A stretch of 59,681 bases of DNA, the filler included, from Dirinaria sp. TL-2023a (Eukaryota): assembly GCA_051941275.1 (NCBI GenBank). It is 11 parts of 11 records of this genome, joined end to end, with 100 filler letters (N's around TTAATTAATTAA, not from the genome) between each part and the next. Parts side by side here need not be neighbours in the genome. Positions count along the whole stretch, not along the records: positions 21,808 to 27,147 come from JAVEBF010001682.1; positions 27,248 to 32,586 come from JAVEBF010001683.1; positions 32,687 to 38,023 come from JAVEBF010001684.1; 8 more parts are not named here. One strand, given 5' to 3'. Position numbers and translations under genes: made by a program. This document shows positions 25,465 to 38,023 of this stretch, in pieces. Below the pieces are notes generated by a model. It did not search any database. It was not told the DNA's origin and worked only from the letters and a program-made list of their open reading frames with translations. Numbering within the stretch: the stretch's first letter is position 1; the number at the start of each line of letters is the position of its first letter.

Positions 25465-27147
25465 ATGATTACTTCCAGGGCTTTGAATTCGCAAGCAACC
25501 AGCACTCTCACCCACCGTGTCCTGCCTGCCGCCTCCCACGCCTCTACCTCACACCCCTCCACAGCGTCACGGAAGCAAAGCCGAGGCTTCGCAACCGTCC
25601 AAGACGGCCCGCCACCGCGAAAGACGAAGTTCGGGGGATTGAGTGACCAGGATCGGATATTTCAAAACCTGTATGGCCATCATGGGGCCGATCTCAAGAG
25701 CGCAATGAAATATGGCGACTGGCACAAGACGAAGGAAATCATACTGAAGGGCCACGACTGGGTAGCCAGAACAGTTTTCCTACAATGCCAGACACTTCAG
25801 GCTGATGTTGCTAAAACTACAGATCATATCGGAAATCAAAGCTTCCGGCCTCCGTGGTCGAGGTGGCGCTGGCTTTCCCTCTGGCATGAAATGGGTATGC
25901 AGCATTGCCCCACCCATCTTTCTTGAATGAGGGAGAGAGCCTACAACTAACCCCCTACCAGTCGTTCATGAACTTCAAAGACTGGGACAAAGACACCAAA
26001 CCGCGGTACCTAGTCGTGAACGCCGACGAAGGCGAGCCAGGGACCTGCAAAGACCGGGAAATCATGCGCAAAGACCCGCACAAGCTGGTCGAAGGCTGCC
26101 TCGTCGCTGGGCGCGCCATGAACTGCTCCGCAGCATACATCTACATCCGGGGGGAATTCTACCACGAAGCGACGGTGCTGCAGCGGGCGATCCAAGAGGC
26201 CTACAAAGCGGGGCTGCTGGGCACGAACGCGTGCGGCAGCGGCTACGACTTCGACGTCTTCATCCATCGCGGCATGGGCGCCTACGTGTGCGGGGAGGAA
26301 ACCTCGCTCATCGAGTCGCTGGAGGGCAAACCCGGGAAACCGCGCCTGAAGCCGCCGTTCCCGGCCTCGGTGGGGCTCTTCGGCTGCCCGTCCACGGTGG
26401 CCAACGTCGAGACCGTGGCAGTCGCCCCGACCATCTGCCGCCGGGGGGCGAGTTGGTTCAACTCCTTCGGCCGGGAGCGCAATGCCGGCACCAAACTGTT
26501 CTGCATCTCGGGCCACGTCAACAACCCGTGCACGGTGGAAGAAGAGATGTCGATCCCCTTGCGCGAGCTGATCGAAAAGCACTGCGGCGGCGTGCGCGGC
26601 GGGTGGGACAACCTGAAAGCCATCATCCCCGGCGGCTCCAGCACGCCGATCCTGCCCCGCAAGGTCTGCGACGAGCAGCTGATGGACTTCGACGCGCTGA
26701 AGGACAGCCAATCGGGCTTGGGAACCGCGGCCGTGATCGTGATGGACAAGAGCGCCGACGTGGTGCGCGCCATCTCGCGCCTGGCCAGCTTCTACAAGCA
26801 CGAGAGCTGCGGCCAGTGCACGCCCTGCCGGGAGGGGAGCAAGTGGACGGAGCAGATCATGAAGCGCTTCGAGCGGGGGCAGGCCCGCGAACGGGAAATC
26901 GATATGCTCCAGGAACTCACCAAGCAGGTCGAGGGACACACGATTTGCGGTATGTCTGCTTAAACCTCTCCCCATCCCCCCTCCCCTTTTTCTTTCTCCT
27001 TTTTCAATTCATTAATGGGCTAATACCCCCGCGCCCCCGCTATCCAGCCCTCGGCGAAGCCTTCGCCTGGCCCCTACAAGGCCTGGTGCGCCATTTCCGG
27101 CCCGAGCTCGAGGAGCGCGTGAGGGGGTACGCGGCGCAACACGGGGG
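25465..27147 (+). CDS. NUO51: NADH:ubiquinone oxidoreductase 51 kDa flavoprotein subunit, mitochondrial (3' end in gap)
   Basis: Presequence; [68 protein letters not shown]; three introns. Confidence 0.97.
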
Positions 27148-27247
27148 NNNNNNNNNNNNNNNNNNNNNNNNNNNNNNNNNNNNNNNNNNNNTTAATTAAT
27201 TAANNNNNNNNNNNNNNNNNNNNNNNNNNNNNNNNNNNNNNNNNNNN

Positions 27248-28959
27248 AGCAGAGTGATTTCTTTCGCTTTTGGTGGACTAGAAGAAGCAGGTACCTTGGT
27301 CACCCGTCTTCCCGGACTGTTTATTTCTTCGTGGATAGCTAATGGCGATATTCCAATGAACTCCGGATTCCCAATATTAGCAAGAAGAGTTGGTGACATC
27401 CAAGCTTCAGGGCTGGGACGGCTAAAGAAAGGTATCGTAGCTGCGTTAGACTTGTGTACGGTTGCACCCTTGGCATACCGGCCGAAAGCACAAGGCGACA
27501 AGTCAGGCAAACCATAAACTCTAGCCACTCGAAAGTTTTCGCTCCTGGGTCCGTTGCCGAAAGCTTCATATCGATCGGTGTTGGTAAATGGTACCTGCGA
27601 CGTTTGGAGCCTGATCCAGTCTCCTGAGAAAGTGCCAAGCTTCATGAGCATTCTGATGTTGACATAGACTCTTGCTTCTTCGTCGTCACTACCGAGGGGC
27701 TTTGGTCGCAAAATCTCGTCTGGGACCTTACTCATCAGGGGTCTTGGTGTGAAGAACCGGCCCATGTTGTGTGCGCTCTGACGGGCTGTTGTTGCAGTCA
27801 GATTTGAATAGACAGAGCCCGATGGGCTCATGTCCCCATTACGCGAGCCTGCCGTCCGAGCTGCGTTCATGGAATTCATGAATCCAAAGCCGGGCGGCCC
27901 CATCGAGATATTTCCATCGGAAGAATTATTTGATGAGCTTTCGCTAATATCAGAATTTGTTGAAGATGTCGAAGAGACTTCATCATCTTCAGCGTCTGCT
28001 GCGTCTCCATCATTTCGTTCCTCGAAAGAAGAAAAAAAGCGCTCACTTGAGGTGTCATCCACTTCATCCGGTCTCAAGCTGCTAAGACGGTCTTTCCGAG
28101 CGCCGATGTTGCCGTGGGCCTCTTTATGGTCTTTACCATGTTCGCTGGCTACAATTATTCTAGTCGAAGATGCCATCAAGCCTTGGCTGACTGGCTCGCA
28201 CATTGTGATTTGTGCGGGAGGAAGAGAGACATGGGTAATAGGATGAGTTGGTAATGGCAGTGACAGAGGGTCTCCTTGGCGCACAATGTATAAGGAGGCT
28301 AGTGCCTCTCGTACAGCACGTATCAAATGGTCTTCTGCACTGGATTCAGGAGGGTGACAATGTTCGTCGTTGATGTCACCGTTGACTGGCCGTTTGGCTT
28401 TGCCCTTACCTTTACCAGCTGTGCCGTTAACATGGGTCCCGAAGCCTCCACCAAACATCTTCTGGACTTCGAAGTGTTTATTCAAGCTATCCCCATCCAG
28501 GGTCACGAGAACACTGTCAAGCAGTAATGGCTCCACGTCAAGGACTCGAATTTCGGCTCTGGGCTTTTTATCGACATTACTTGGGTTCAGCCCGGCGGTG
28601 TCTAAGATATTGCGTAGAGGTCCTAGTCTAGATGAAGTAGATGGCCACAGCAAGGTGGAGGCATCATCAGGCACATCGTCTTTGCGAGGTTTTACGGGCA
28701 ACACTGTCCACTGCCCTTCGTCTGGAAAGTGTGGCGTGGCAGCAAACCATGGAGATACTGCAACATATCGCAAATTTGATTCTGATTCTGTAGGCAGATT
28801 TCCGAAGAGTTTCAGCCAAAGCTTTGTGGATAAAGCACCAATATCACCCTTCAGCTGGTTGTTTGATGTTAGCGAAGCCGAGAGTGGTGTTGATCCTGCT
28901 CTGCGTCGCCGCCTCTTCCGCTTCCTATGGCCAAGATCAAGGTGTAAAGTGTCCGACAT
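27248..28959 (-). CDS. PEX6: Peroxin-6 AAA ATPase, N-terminal half (AAA domains beyond the gap)
   Basis: N-terminal RRRRR, LPLPTHPITHV..CEPVSQG, DDEEARVYV..LGTFSGDWIRL are typical of filamentous-ascomycete Pex6. Confidence 0.75.
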
Positions 28960-29272
28960 ATCGGGCTGCCAGCCTCAGCTGACACGGTGATGGAGATTGA
29001 TACAACCAAATCGAGGTCGACGCGACATGCCGCATATATTCAACCAAAGCAGTTACCGAGGCTCGGAGCAGCGAGCCGCATCTGCCGAAACATCGGTCTT
29101 ATCTCCAGTTCAGGTTAAGTAACTCCGTAAGCGAGGTAAGGTAAGGTACCTTGCATGGCGGTCAGCCTAGCGGTTTGATTGGTCAGGTCGAACCCTGACT
29201 GGGCCCTGGTACGGATGATTCCAAGCAGATTTAAAGAATATAATTTTTAATTATGCCCTGTTATCAACAAGC

Positions 29273-29409
29273 GGGTCGTTTGGTGCAGTGGTACACCCGA
29301 CCCAAAAAATCTCAATGAAGCCGAAATCTGGTCTCACCCCTTATAGTACAGGGCATACCAGGAGGGATTTTCTAGGGAAGGCCCCCAAAAGGGGCCCTCC
29401 TGAGCTTTT
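29273..29409 (+). ncRNA. Candidate Pol III-type structured ncRNA (unassigned)
   Basis: A box TGGTGCAGTGG 29281-29291 inside GGGTCG/CGACCC hairpin; helices CAGGAGGG/CCCTCCTG and GGCCCC/GGGGCC; TTTT 29406-29409; downstream B box GGTTCGAACTC 29489-29499. Confidence 0.45.
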
Positions 29410-31158
29410 GCCATTTTCCATTCATGATTCTACTGTACTGCATGTGCTATTTCGCTCTGAAAAGAGAGTTCAAGTCGTGGATCAGGCCGGTTCGAACTCG
29501 CGTTCTTGCTCAACTTTTGTAAGATGCTATCACCACGTGATTGGTAAGGGTTCAACTAGAGGACTGCTCTTATGGCTTCTAGTGGTAAGGTAAGTTAGCA
29601 GCTCAGGGATCTCGGCATTTACGACCAAATGATACTGGAGAAAGCTATCTTCTATGAACGAGAAAATTAAGTGGCTCCAGCAGAGACACAACAGGAGCCT
29701 ATCTCTGCGCGGAAAAGAAAAGATTTGCTTTTTTTACCCATGGAGAGCCTCCAGATCAGCGACTAGCTAACGATTATAATGCCTAGCTAATCACGGCCAT
29801 GATTCAAGTGGTAAATATACGGCCAAATGATTGCCTCTCTTCCTTCGCTGGCCAGGACAGACAGGAACACAATGTCAAGTTAGGCCGGTTTAGCCGCAAA
29901 TTTCTGTGAAATACAGGGCCGTTCCAACATGTCGCGTTTCGCTCCAAGACGCTGCTGCGAGGGTTTAGCACGCGTTGTGCCACAGCGAAAAGCGCTTCTA
30001 CGGCCCTTAAGCTCTCGTGGACTTGAAACTCAAGGCTGCAGCATCAGCCCTCTTTCTAGTCAAGCACCTTACCAAGAACGAGAGATAGATGATTGTCAAT
30101 GGGTTATACGAACACAGTGAGATCGACGAGAAATATGAAATGACAATCACTCAGCCTCTGCTGAGTGAGTCTCAGACCAGAACGACGACGAGGAACACAT
30201 TTAGCACCTTTTATCGGAGCGTCATAGTCTCAATTAGCATAGTGGAACTGGAACAGCTTTCGTCATAGAGAGAAACTTTGCGTTGGATAATAAGGTCAAT
30301 GTTGCGAACATTTTGTAAGTCTTGCTATCGTACGTCGGAAGCCTACAACTGTTCTATAAGTACAAAGTACGACGGCGGTGAATATGAATGACCGCGAAGC
30401 AGCGACCATGTGGTCCGCTGCTAGATTCCTGGTTCAACCCACACCAAAATTGCAACTGATCGTATAGGTTCAAAATCGGTACAAGAGAGAGCTTCAAAAA
30501 TTGCTTCGAGAGAAAACGAGTATCGCAGGTACGAGCGGCGAATGATTGGTTGGCAGAGCGATGAAGAGCTCGTAAGAGTCTAGGTAGGAGTCCATCTCCA
30601 CTTTCAAAACTACGAGGAGTCCGAGGAGGAGCCAGACTCAATGAGTTTCCAAATTCCGTGACAATTAAAAAAGGCTGGTCGCCGATGATCCAAAAATGGC
30701 TGTGGCATTCAACAGAATGCTATGCCTCAACATTATCAAAATTTTGAACCGCCCCAGCGTTTTCAAGAACAAGTTCCTACACCATGATTACTTCCTGAGT
30801 CTTCTAAATTCCACTGTCAAAGCGAGAATAACCTTCCAACTCGGTACATAACCTCTTCCCACAATAACGCGCTTTCTCAGCAGCTATACCAAATATCACA
30901 AAATTTCTTCCAGAACCTCAGCAAATCCCGAGCTCCTTTTCCAAACAGTCGCCGCATCATACATGCATGATAGTGCATATCTTTTCAAAGAAAGAACCCC
31001 CAAATACCTGAATATTAAAAGCGCCTCCAAAGAAATCCCCCCTTTTTCAATCCCGCTCTCCTCTTCCCACCCAATAGCGCCCCTCTTCAATACATCCACC
31101 TTCAAACCCATCTCCAAGACCATCAACAATCACAAACCCCCATCATCCTTAACGAAAA

Positions 31159-31602
31159 ATGGCACCGGGCATCCTCTTTTCACAACATCCCTCCTCTTCC
31201 CTAACCGCCACTGCCACAGCGCAAACGCCCAAGACATACGCTATACCATCAACGCTGAAACCAACGACACCGCCCATCTACGCGGACTACGTCCCTACCA
31301 CCAGGTCCAGTGTCGAGAACTCCGACGACCCAACCAGTTCCTTGATGATTGGCTATACCGTCATCATGGCGGCGGGATGCGTCGCGGTTGTGGTCTTCAT
31401 GTACTTCTCCGTCCGGAGATGGCTTCGAGTGAGGAGGGAATGGAGGCAAGTGAACGAGGCGGTAGCGAGCAGGCATACAGAGGAGCGCGGTGCAAATCGA
31501 GACCGGCGCGAGGGGGAGAATGAGCTCGTGACCATGCCTCGGCCAGTGGTGAGTCTTAGGGGGGGAGAGGGAGAGCGAGATGGAGCATATGATGGGTGCT
31601 AG
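31159..31602 (+). CDS. Small single-pass membrane protein
   Basis: S/T/P-rich N-terminus, hydrophobic LMIGYTVIMAAGCVAVVVFMYF, then basic RRWLRVRR. Confidence 0.6.
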   Translation: MAPGILFSQHPSSSLTATATAQTPKTYAIPSTLKPTTPPIYADYVPTTRSSVENSDDPTSSLMIGYTVIMAAGCVAVVVFMYFSVRRWLRVRREWRQVNEAVASRHTEERGANRDRREGENELVTMPRPVVSLRGGEGERDGAYDGC

Positions 31603-33175
31603 GTGTTTTGCTCTATACGCCTTTTCTTTTTCTTTTTTCTTTTTTCTTTTTTTTTTTTTCAGGGATCCGTTTCACCAGAAACTGTACTCTTTATATCATA
31701 CGACTCACCTCGATTTCTGCATGGAGTTCTTGGAAACTTTTCCTTTTTTGACAGACAAACAGACAGATAGACGAATAGACAGAACATATCCATAAAGAGC
31801 AGCTACAGAATCCTACTACGTCACGCATCAATCAGAAAAGACGCACTTAAACCAAACAATTTTCTCAATGATCCCACTGCCGCCCACACCATCCTACTCT
31901 AATACCACACCCCCGTGACCTTACTACCCACATCGCTCTCCCCACTCATCGTGTTTTATCTATCAATATCTCTCTCAAAAGTGTTTTTCTAACACCCTCA
32001 ATCTATCTTCCTTTAACGATTTGCGTATTTAACGATGACACGTTCGTGATGAATCAGCTCGTGAAATCATCGCTGTTTGAAACTCGTCACTTTGTCAGAG
32101 CAATTGAGTCGGGATCCTTAAAAAACTTCAGGAATTCTAAAAATCAGAAGCCAAACTCCCCTCCCCTATATAATACCTCCCCAACTAAACCAAACCGCAA
32201 CACATACTCGAAATACCTCACTTCAGTCTTCATCTGACATATCTTTCATCTCATTAAAAATTTGCGTAACTGACACCGCCCCCCTCTCTTTTAAAAACAT
32301 ACGCTATATGAAACCTGTCTTACGTTATCAAGACGCCTGCACTCGTACTTCCCTCTTTTGAAAAAAAAAAAACACCAAAAAAAAAAAGGGAGCGCGATAA
32401 TTGATTTACAACGACCACCACCAACCAACCAGCCAAGCTTAGGATCAGTTAAAAAAGCTGTACTGCAGGTAGTATTATAAATCTCGAATTGCCTGATGGT
32501 GCAGTGGAAGGGAAAATTTCCGTTTTCTGCTTCCCATAATGGCCTCAACATCCAAGTGCCACCTCTCTTCTGAGGGATTACTTACCNNNNNNNNNNNNNN
32601 NNNNNNNNNNNNNNNNNNNNNNNNNNNNNNTTAATTAATTAANNNNNNNNNNNNNNNNNNNNNNNNNNNNNNNNNNNNNNNNNNNNATGAATACTGGGTG
32701 GGGGTAAAGATGTTATGTATACAACAATCCACCACTAACTAATATTCTGCCTACCTTACCTACCTTAGGCATGGTGACTCGGGAAGATTGTGATTACTCT
32801 TCCCTATTTTCTATTCCCCCTCCCCAAAAACCTTCTCGCTCGTTTTTTCTCTCTCCTGCTGTTGGGAGCATGTTGTTGTATGTATGGGTCTTTTGGCTTG
32901 ATGCGGTGTGTGTGCTCTATCTATTTAGCTCCTTCCGGAATCGGGATTTTTGTTGGGATTTAGAGTTTTCTGTTTTTCACTCTTTGTGGACAATGTGGCG
33001 AACTGGAGGGAAGAAGTCTTTCCGGGGTCATCAGATGGAAGATTCCTTCTTCGTTTTGCATGGTTGCTACCGGAGGAGTGATAAACTCCTTATTGAGACT
33101 GCGTTGCTGCTATTGCGCAGAACCTATGGCTCCAACAGAAGCTATCATGACTCGGGCTCGGCCTTCTTGATGGAA

Positions 33176-33949
33176 TCATAATAGAGCTGCAGGTATTCGT
33201 AGGGCCGCAGTCGAGCAATGCATTCGTCCACCTAAACATTGGATTCTTAGTACGCCGTTGTTAGGTCGTAGCCGAATAACAACACCACTTACCAGTTCCA
33301 ATAGCTCCCGTGCCTTCCTTCTATTATGCCAAATGCACAGATGATATGCCCTGGCCCTGGATTCCCCTTCGTCGATGCGGAGCTGCAAGCGGCTGATCTC
33401 GTAGAGGTAAAGGTTCCCAGGGCACGGTTCTTTCGCTCGAAGAGCATTGAAGCACCGGAGGCAGTGCCGAGCCCTTCTCGTTGCCGCCTCCTGTGCCTGG
33501 CGGCCTCTCACATCCTTGGCGATGTCGTTCTGGATGGCCAGGAACTGCATCTGGTAGAAGTCCTGGCACCGGACGATTTCCGGCAAGTCGGCCTCTTCGA
33601 GCTGGTCGTACGCCTTGTCCAGATCGATCTCCGGTCGGAGCATGGTCGACAGCTCCTCTTCGAAGGTGGCCATCGAGTCGAAGTGGTCGCGGTTCCAGGC
33701 TTCGTACGCGACCGCGGCGTCGGCTTGCACTTGTGCCCATTCGGCTGCTGTTAGCTGGGAGTAGGCGAGTGCGAGCAGCCTCTCCCGCTCCATTCTTTCT
33801 TCCTCGGAATCTTGCCGAGAGCTTCGCGCGAATTTCGCGAAGCAATATTCCGTGCCTGAAACGAGACTTTGCTTGATCAACGTCACGCTTCTCGAAGCAG
33901 CTTGTGCTAGGCGTGTTAGTCGCGAAGCTGAGTATGTTGGTTTTTCCAT
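33176..33949 (-). CDS. Hypothetical helical protein (257 aa)
   Basis: ATG ORF with a GC3-rich core; no family recognised. Confidence 0.55.
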   Translation of the reverse strand: MEKPTYSASRLTRLAQAASRSVTLIKQSLVSGTEYCFAKFARSSRQDSEEERMERERLLALAYSQLTAAEWAQVQADAAVAYEAWNRDHFDSMATFEEELSTMLRPEIDLDKAYDQLEEADLPEIVRCQDFYQMQFLAIQNDIAKDVRGRQAQEAATRRARHCLRCFNALRAKEPCPGNLYLYEISRLQLRIDEGESRARAYHLCIWHNRRKARELLELVSGVVIRLRPNNGVLRIQCLGGRMHCSTAALRIPAALL

Positions 33950-34059
33950 CCTAGTGGCCTAGATATTTATCAGTGCAGCAAATATTGGTTAGTTGGATAG
34001 GAGCTGTTTCAGAAACGAGAGCGAATGGACGAAAGCTAGATAGAAGAAAAGTAAATATG

Positions 34060-34165
34060 TGAGAGATGAATGGGCGAAAGATGTATGGGCGAGAGATGTA
34101 TAGGCAAGAGATGTATGGGCAAGAGATGTATGGGCGAGAGATGGACGGACGAGAAATGGATGGAG
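34060..34165 (+). repeat. 15-bp minisatellite (GAGATGTATGGGCRA)~6
   Basis: Direct reading; lies upstream of the 33949 minus-strand ORF. Confidence 0.85.
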
Positions 34166-35583
34166 GAAAGGTTGGTGGTCACATATATATCCATAGAGGA
34201 GAAGAAGGGGGAATAAGTGACTCACAGTGTCCTCAACCAAAATTGAAACTTATGGCGTTGAGTAGAATAAATGAATGGAGAGCATTTAGATCACCGATAG
34301 TGGTGTCTGCCGAAATTCGCTCAAAAGCAGTACCAAGGAACGTTAGATGTATAGTATACTGTAATAGGCATGGAGAGCTTTCAGATCACCGAAGTTGGTG
34401 TCTACCGAAATTTTCTCAACAATCGTACCAAGAAACGTTGGGCACACCCATCCTATCCCATGCCCCGATAGGAATAGGTGCTCATTCCTGGGCCTGCCTC
34501 CTAATGCATCGATTCGTCTCTTCCCTGCTCGAGGTCCGTCTTGCAGTGGTACTGGCATGGTTTTGACTAGTTCTCTGTTTGACGGCGGCTCTTCGCTAGT
34601 CAACTTGTCTACACTTCCTTCATTGATAACATTGCCAATTTGTCATGGGTTGCTGGCATGCTTAGGACGTCCCAAAAAGATAAACATTTTTTCTCTCTTT
34701 GACCCTTTCTTTTGCTCGCCATTATCGAACTCCACAGTGAAAGGGTACTGTTCAGCAAACGGAAACGTACCTTGCCCAAGCGGGTCGATTTTGCTCCTGG
34801 ACAGACACATATTTCATCTTCGCATCCAGGTAGGCAACTAGCACAAAGAGAACCGCTTAACATTACCAGATACGCACGATTTGCACTGTCTCCCCTTACC
34901 TCTACGATCAACATAAGACATCGACCCACGCTCTCAAACCTTTACCTCGCTTCTTGGAACGTGCTTCTTGACCTTCAAAGTCTCACCCAACCTTTCTCTC
35001 ATCTTGAGCCCTACCGCGTCGATTCCTTCCTGCTGTCGTTCGCTTTCCTGTCTCGATAAATTGCGAGTCCCTCCGAAACGCCAGGCCCGTTGACGATATA
35101 ACTACCCATACGCAGGCGTTGAGCCAAGATATCGGGCTCATAACATCGGGTTCCTTGAAGTCGGGTACGAAATGTCTTGTAGAGCGCTTAGATTTTGTCA
35201 ACGTTCGACCGCATTAATATTACAATTTTGGAACTCCGAGTGCACGGATCTGCATATAGAATACAAAGAATGAGTAAAGAAGAATATGTCAACGACCCGA
35301 AGAGATCGGACGTTTTGACGATGAGCTCAGTCAGAAAGATGGCTGCAAGAGTCAAAATTCACCATTTTCGAACTTCGTTTTAAAGCTTCAAAAACATCGC
35401 TAACTTGGCTCCGAGAGGCGGTTATGCTGCATGTATGGCATCACTATTGCGAAAGAAAGCCGACCAAACCCCGAAGACCGCATACTCCGACAAGGCATCT
35501 GATAAATATCTTTGGCCCGAGACCGGTGACCATCTAAGACAGGAAGGCCCGGTCTTCAAAGAGAAAAAAGCGGCGATAGTAAT

Positions 35584-36021
35584 ATGGCTTTGGCGCCTAC
35601 AACGCGGATTGTATATGAAGCATATTTTTTTGCTCCTATTGCTTCCGTTTTCATGATCAATATATTTCATTCGTACGTTGACAGAAACCACGTTTTCTCT
35701 CTAGGCATCCCAGAAATGCTGGGAAGTTATGACTTCGCGATCATCGCCAAACGCATTTACAACGATCTCAATGATCCTGCCAATAGACGGCCGCCGGAGC
35801 TTAGCGGAGATGAAGGCGCTGTACGAGCATTGCTCGAAAATTACGTGATGGACGGTTTGACAGATTGGCCATTCCAAACAAGCCCGCGGCCTGGAACCAC
35901 AGATCAGCTCTTCTCGCAACATCCGATAGCTCGCAGAACTCGAAGATGGCTAGAGAGCAGCGTGAGCGGTGACTTTTACAGCGAGCTGCAAGCCGTTTGG
36001 AGGCAATGGAGGAGGGTATGA
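35584..36021 (+). CDS. Hypothetical protein or fragment of a decayed gene
   Basis: 145-aa ORF with protein-like composition, preceded by broken ORFs (35195-35656). Confidence 0.3.
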   Translation: MALAPTTRIVYEAYFFAPIASVFMINIFHSYVDRNHVFSLGIPEMLGSYDFAIIAKRIYNDLNDPANRRPPELSGDEGAVRALLENYVMDGLTDWPFQTSPRPGTTDQLFSQHPIARRTRRWLESSVSGDFYSELQAVWRQWRRV

Positions 36022-36873
36022 CGCTAATAATGCAGGCTGCCACTCTGGTCCAGAAGGAAAAGTGCGTGCGAAGGTTCCCACTTTTTTATCATGAGTAGGA
36101 GTGGAACGAAGCGAAAGGGTAGCAAGTCTATCGATGTTTCTGGTAGACGAAAGGCGTGGGAGACGATCTGCGACGAGCAATACTGACTCCACAGGATGTT
36201 TAAGCTATGAAAGAGCAGCAGAAACGAGTCAGTCGCACTGTTTCTGCCAATAGCGACGCATACGGAGGTGCTCGAGCACTGGAATAAATCCTCGACTAAG
36301 ATGCAGAAGTGCGGCCGAAGTCGGAGATGCAGAGGAGGTGTAAGCGTGGGAGATATTGAGGTGATGGGGGATTGTGGTGCTTTTGCTGTTCCTTCGCAGG
36401 CGTTTCGGCACACAAGCAGTCTCAGTTCCAATGCGGAGACTTTTCTGGCAGGAGCCAACGCCGCATCTTCCTCCACGAAATCCGCGAAGCTCCGCGAGCT
36501 CCGTAACTCGTACTCCGTATTTCTAACATGATCGATTGCACAATTTCTTCCATGCCCGAGCTTTCCCTTTCCGGGCTAGCAGGATCAGATAAGCGCTCAC
36601 TGCCAAGACCCAATTTTATCAGATGGTGATATTGATTGGGCCCCGACTCGGACATAGGAAAGATGTTCTTCTCTTTGACCGCTAAATAGATGAACTGCAG
36701 CCTGCTCGGCTCCGGATTCTGCGTGACGTAGCCGGGGCTATAAAGTCGTTCAGAGGCCCAAAAATGTTGTGGATGCAGAACACCGGCTTTGTAAGCCTCG
36801 TTTACCTGTGTCGCGGCTGTCGACCACAGCTCTTCCTCTGCCCACACACTCGGTGCCCATAACCCACGATAAG

Positions 36874-38023
36874 ATGGCTTCCTCCATCTCGTCAGCCATC
36901 AAACGCACCAAGAAGTTCCTCACACCCACATCCTCCACCAATGGAGTTCCCCAGCTCAATGACGGCCAAAATTTCGCCAAAGCTCCCACCACAACCTCTC
37001 TCTTTCCCAAAGTCGATCCATCAGAGGACGGCGATGACTGCGAGCACGATTGTGACAACTGCCCCGTACAATTGCCTAGAGGATGGAAGATAGACGAGCA
37101 CGAAAAGTTGTATGGGCATGTCAATGGGTGGGATACGCACATGCTGGTAGCAACGGGGAAGACGGACTGGGTGCGGGATGTACAAGATGAAAAGGGAAGC
37201 GTGATGGAGGCTGTGCGAGAATGTGGAGTGGAGCCGAAACATGTAAGTTTGTACAAGTCTCTCGTAGCGTATCACGGGAAGAGAAATCAAACAGTAGATG
37301 CTGACGAGCATGATAGAAACTCATGCTTTCCGCCTCAAACCTGCCCCTGCCATCGGATCACGACGATTACGATGCCAGAACAGCACCGACGACAGTTCTC
37401 CTGCTCCCGGCTTTCACCTTCATCGACAAAGTCACGCCTGCAAACGTCCCAGACCTCATCCGGCAGCACATCAACCTCTCCTCCACAAACACCACGCCTC
37501 TCCACCCGCCTGAGCCCACCGCATCGGAAGCTGCTGCAACCAAAACCACTAACGGCGACCATTCTCAATCCGAAACCACTCCTTCCACCGTTACCGATGC
37601 CGTGTCCGCCGCCGCAGCGATCACATCCGCCGTCGTCTCCAACACTGCCGAGACCCTGTCTCACACCATCTCGAACGCTCTCTCGCCATTCACGACCCGG
37701 CCCTGCCCGCACCGCGCACTCATCCTCCTCTGCAGCCAACGCACGCGCGACGCTCGCTGCGGACAATCTGCGCCCCTCCTCCTCCGCGAATTCAATAGAC
37801 ACCTGCGCCCCCTAGGTCTGTCCCGCGATCTGCACGACGAGCGCCCCGGCGGCGTGGGTATATACTTCATCAGCCACGTCGGCGGGCACAAATTCGCTGC
37901 CAACGTCATGGTGTACCGGCGCGCGCTGAAGGGAGAGGATGATACTGCTGCCGCTGGGGAGGCGGCGCTGGATGAAGATGCGAATAAAGATGGCGGGGGA
38001 GAAGGAGGAGCAGGCAATGATGC
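36874..38023 (+). CDS. APD1: Thioredoxin-like ferredoxin of the Apd1/sucrase-ferredoxin family (3' end in gap); intron 37243-37316
   Basis: CEHDCDNC, ATGKTDW, C-X8-C (CSQRTRDARC) and HVGGH [2Fe-2S] ligand motif. Confidence 0.85.

Noticed and set aside
26010..27199. Long antisense and alternate-frame ORFs over the complex I gene (similarly over APD1, OXR1 and PEX6)
   Set aside because: Shadow ORFs caused by GC3-rich codon usage.
22022..28959. Functional gene cluster spanning transporter, STN1, NUO51 and PEX6
   Set aside because: Unrelated housekeeping functions, and PEX6 is on a different contig.
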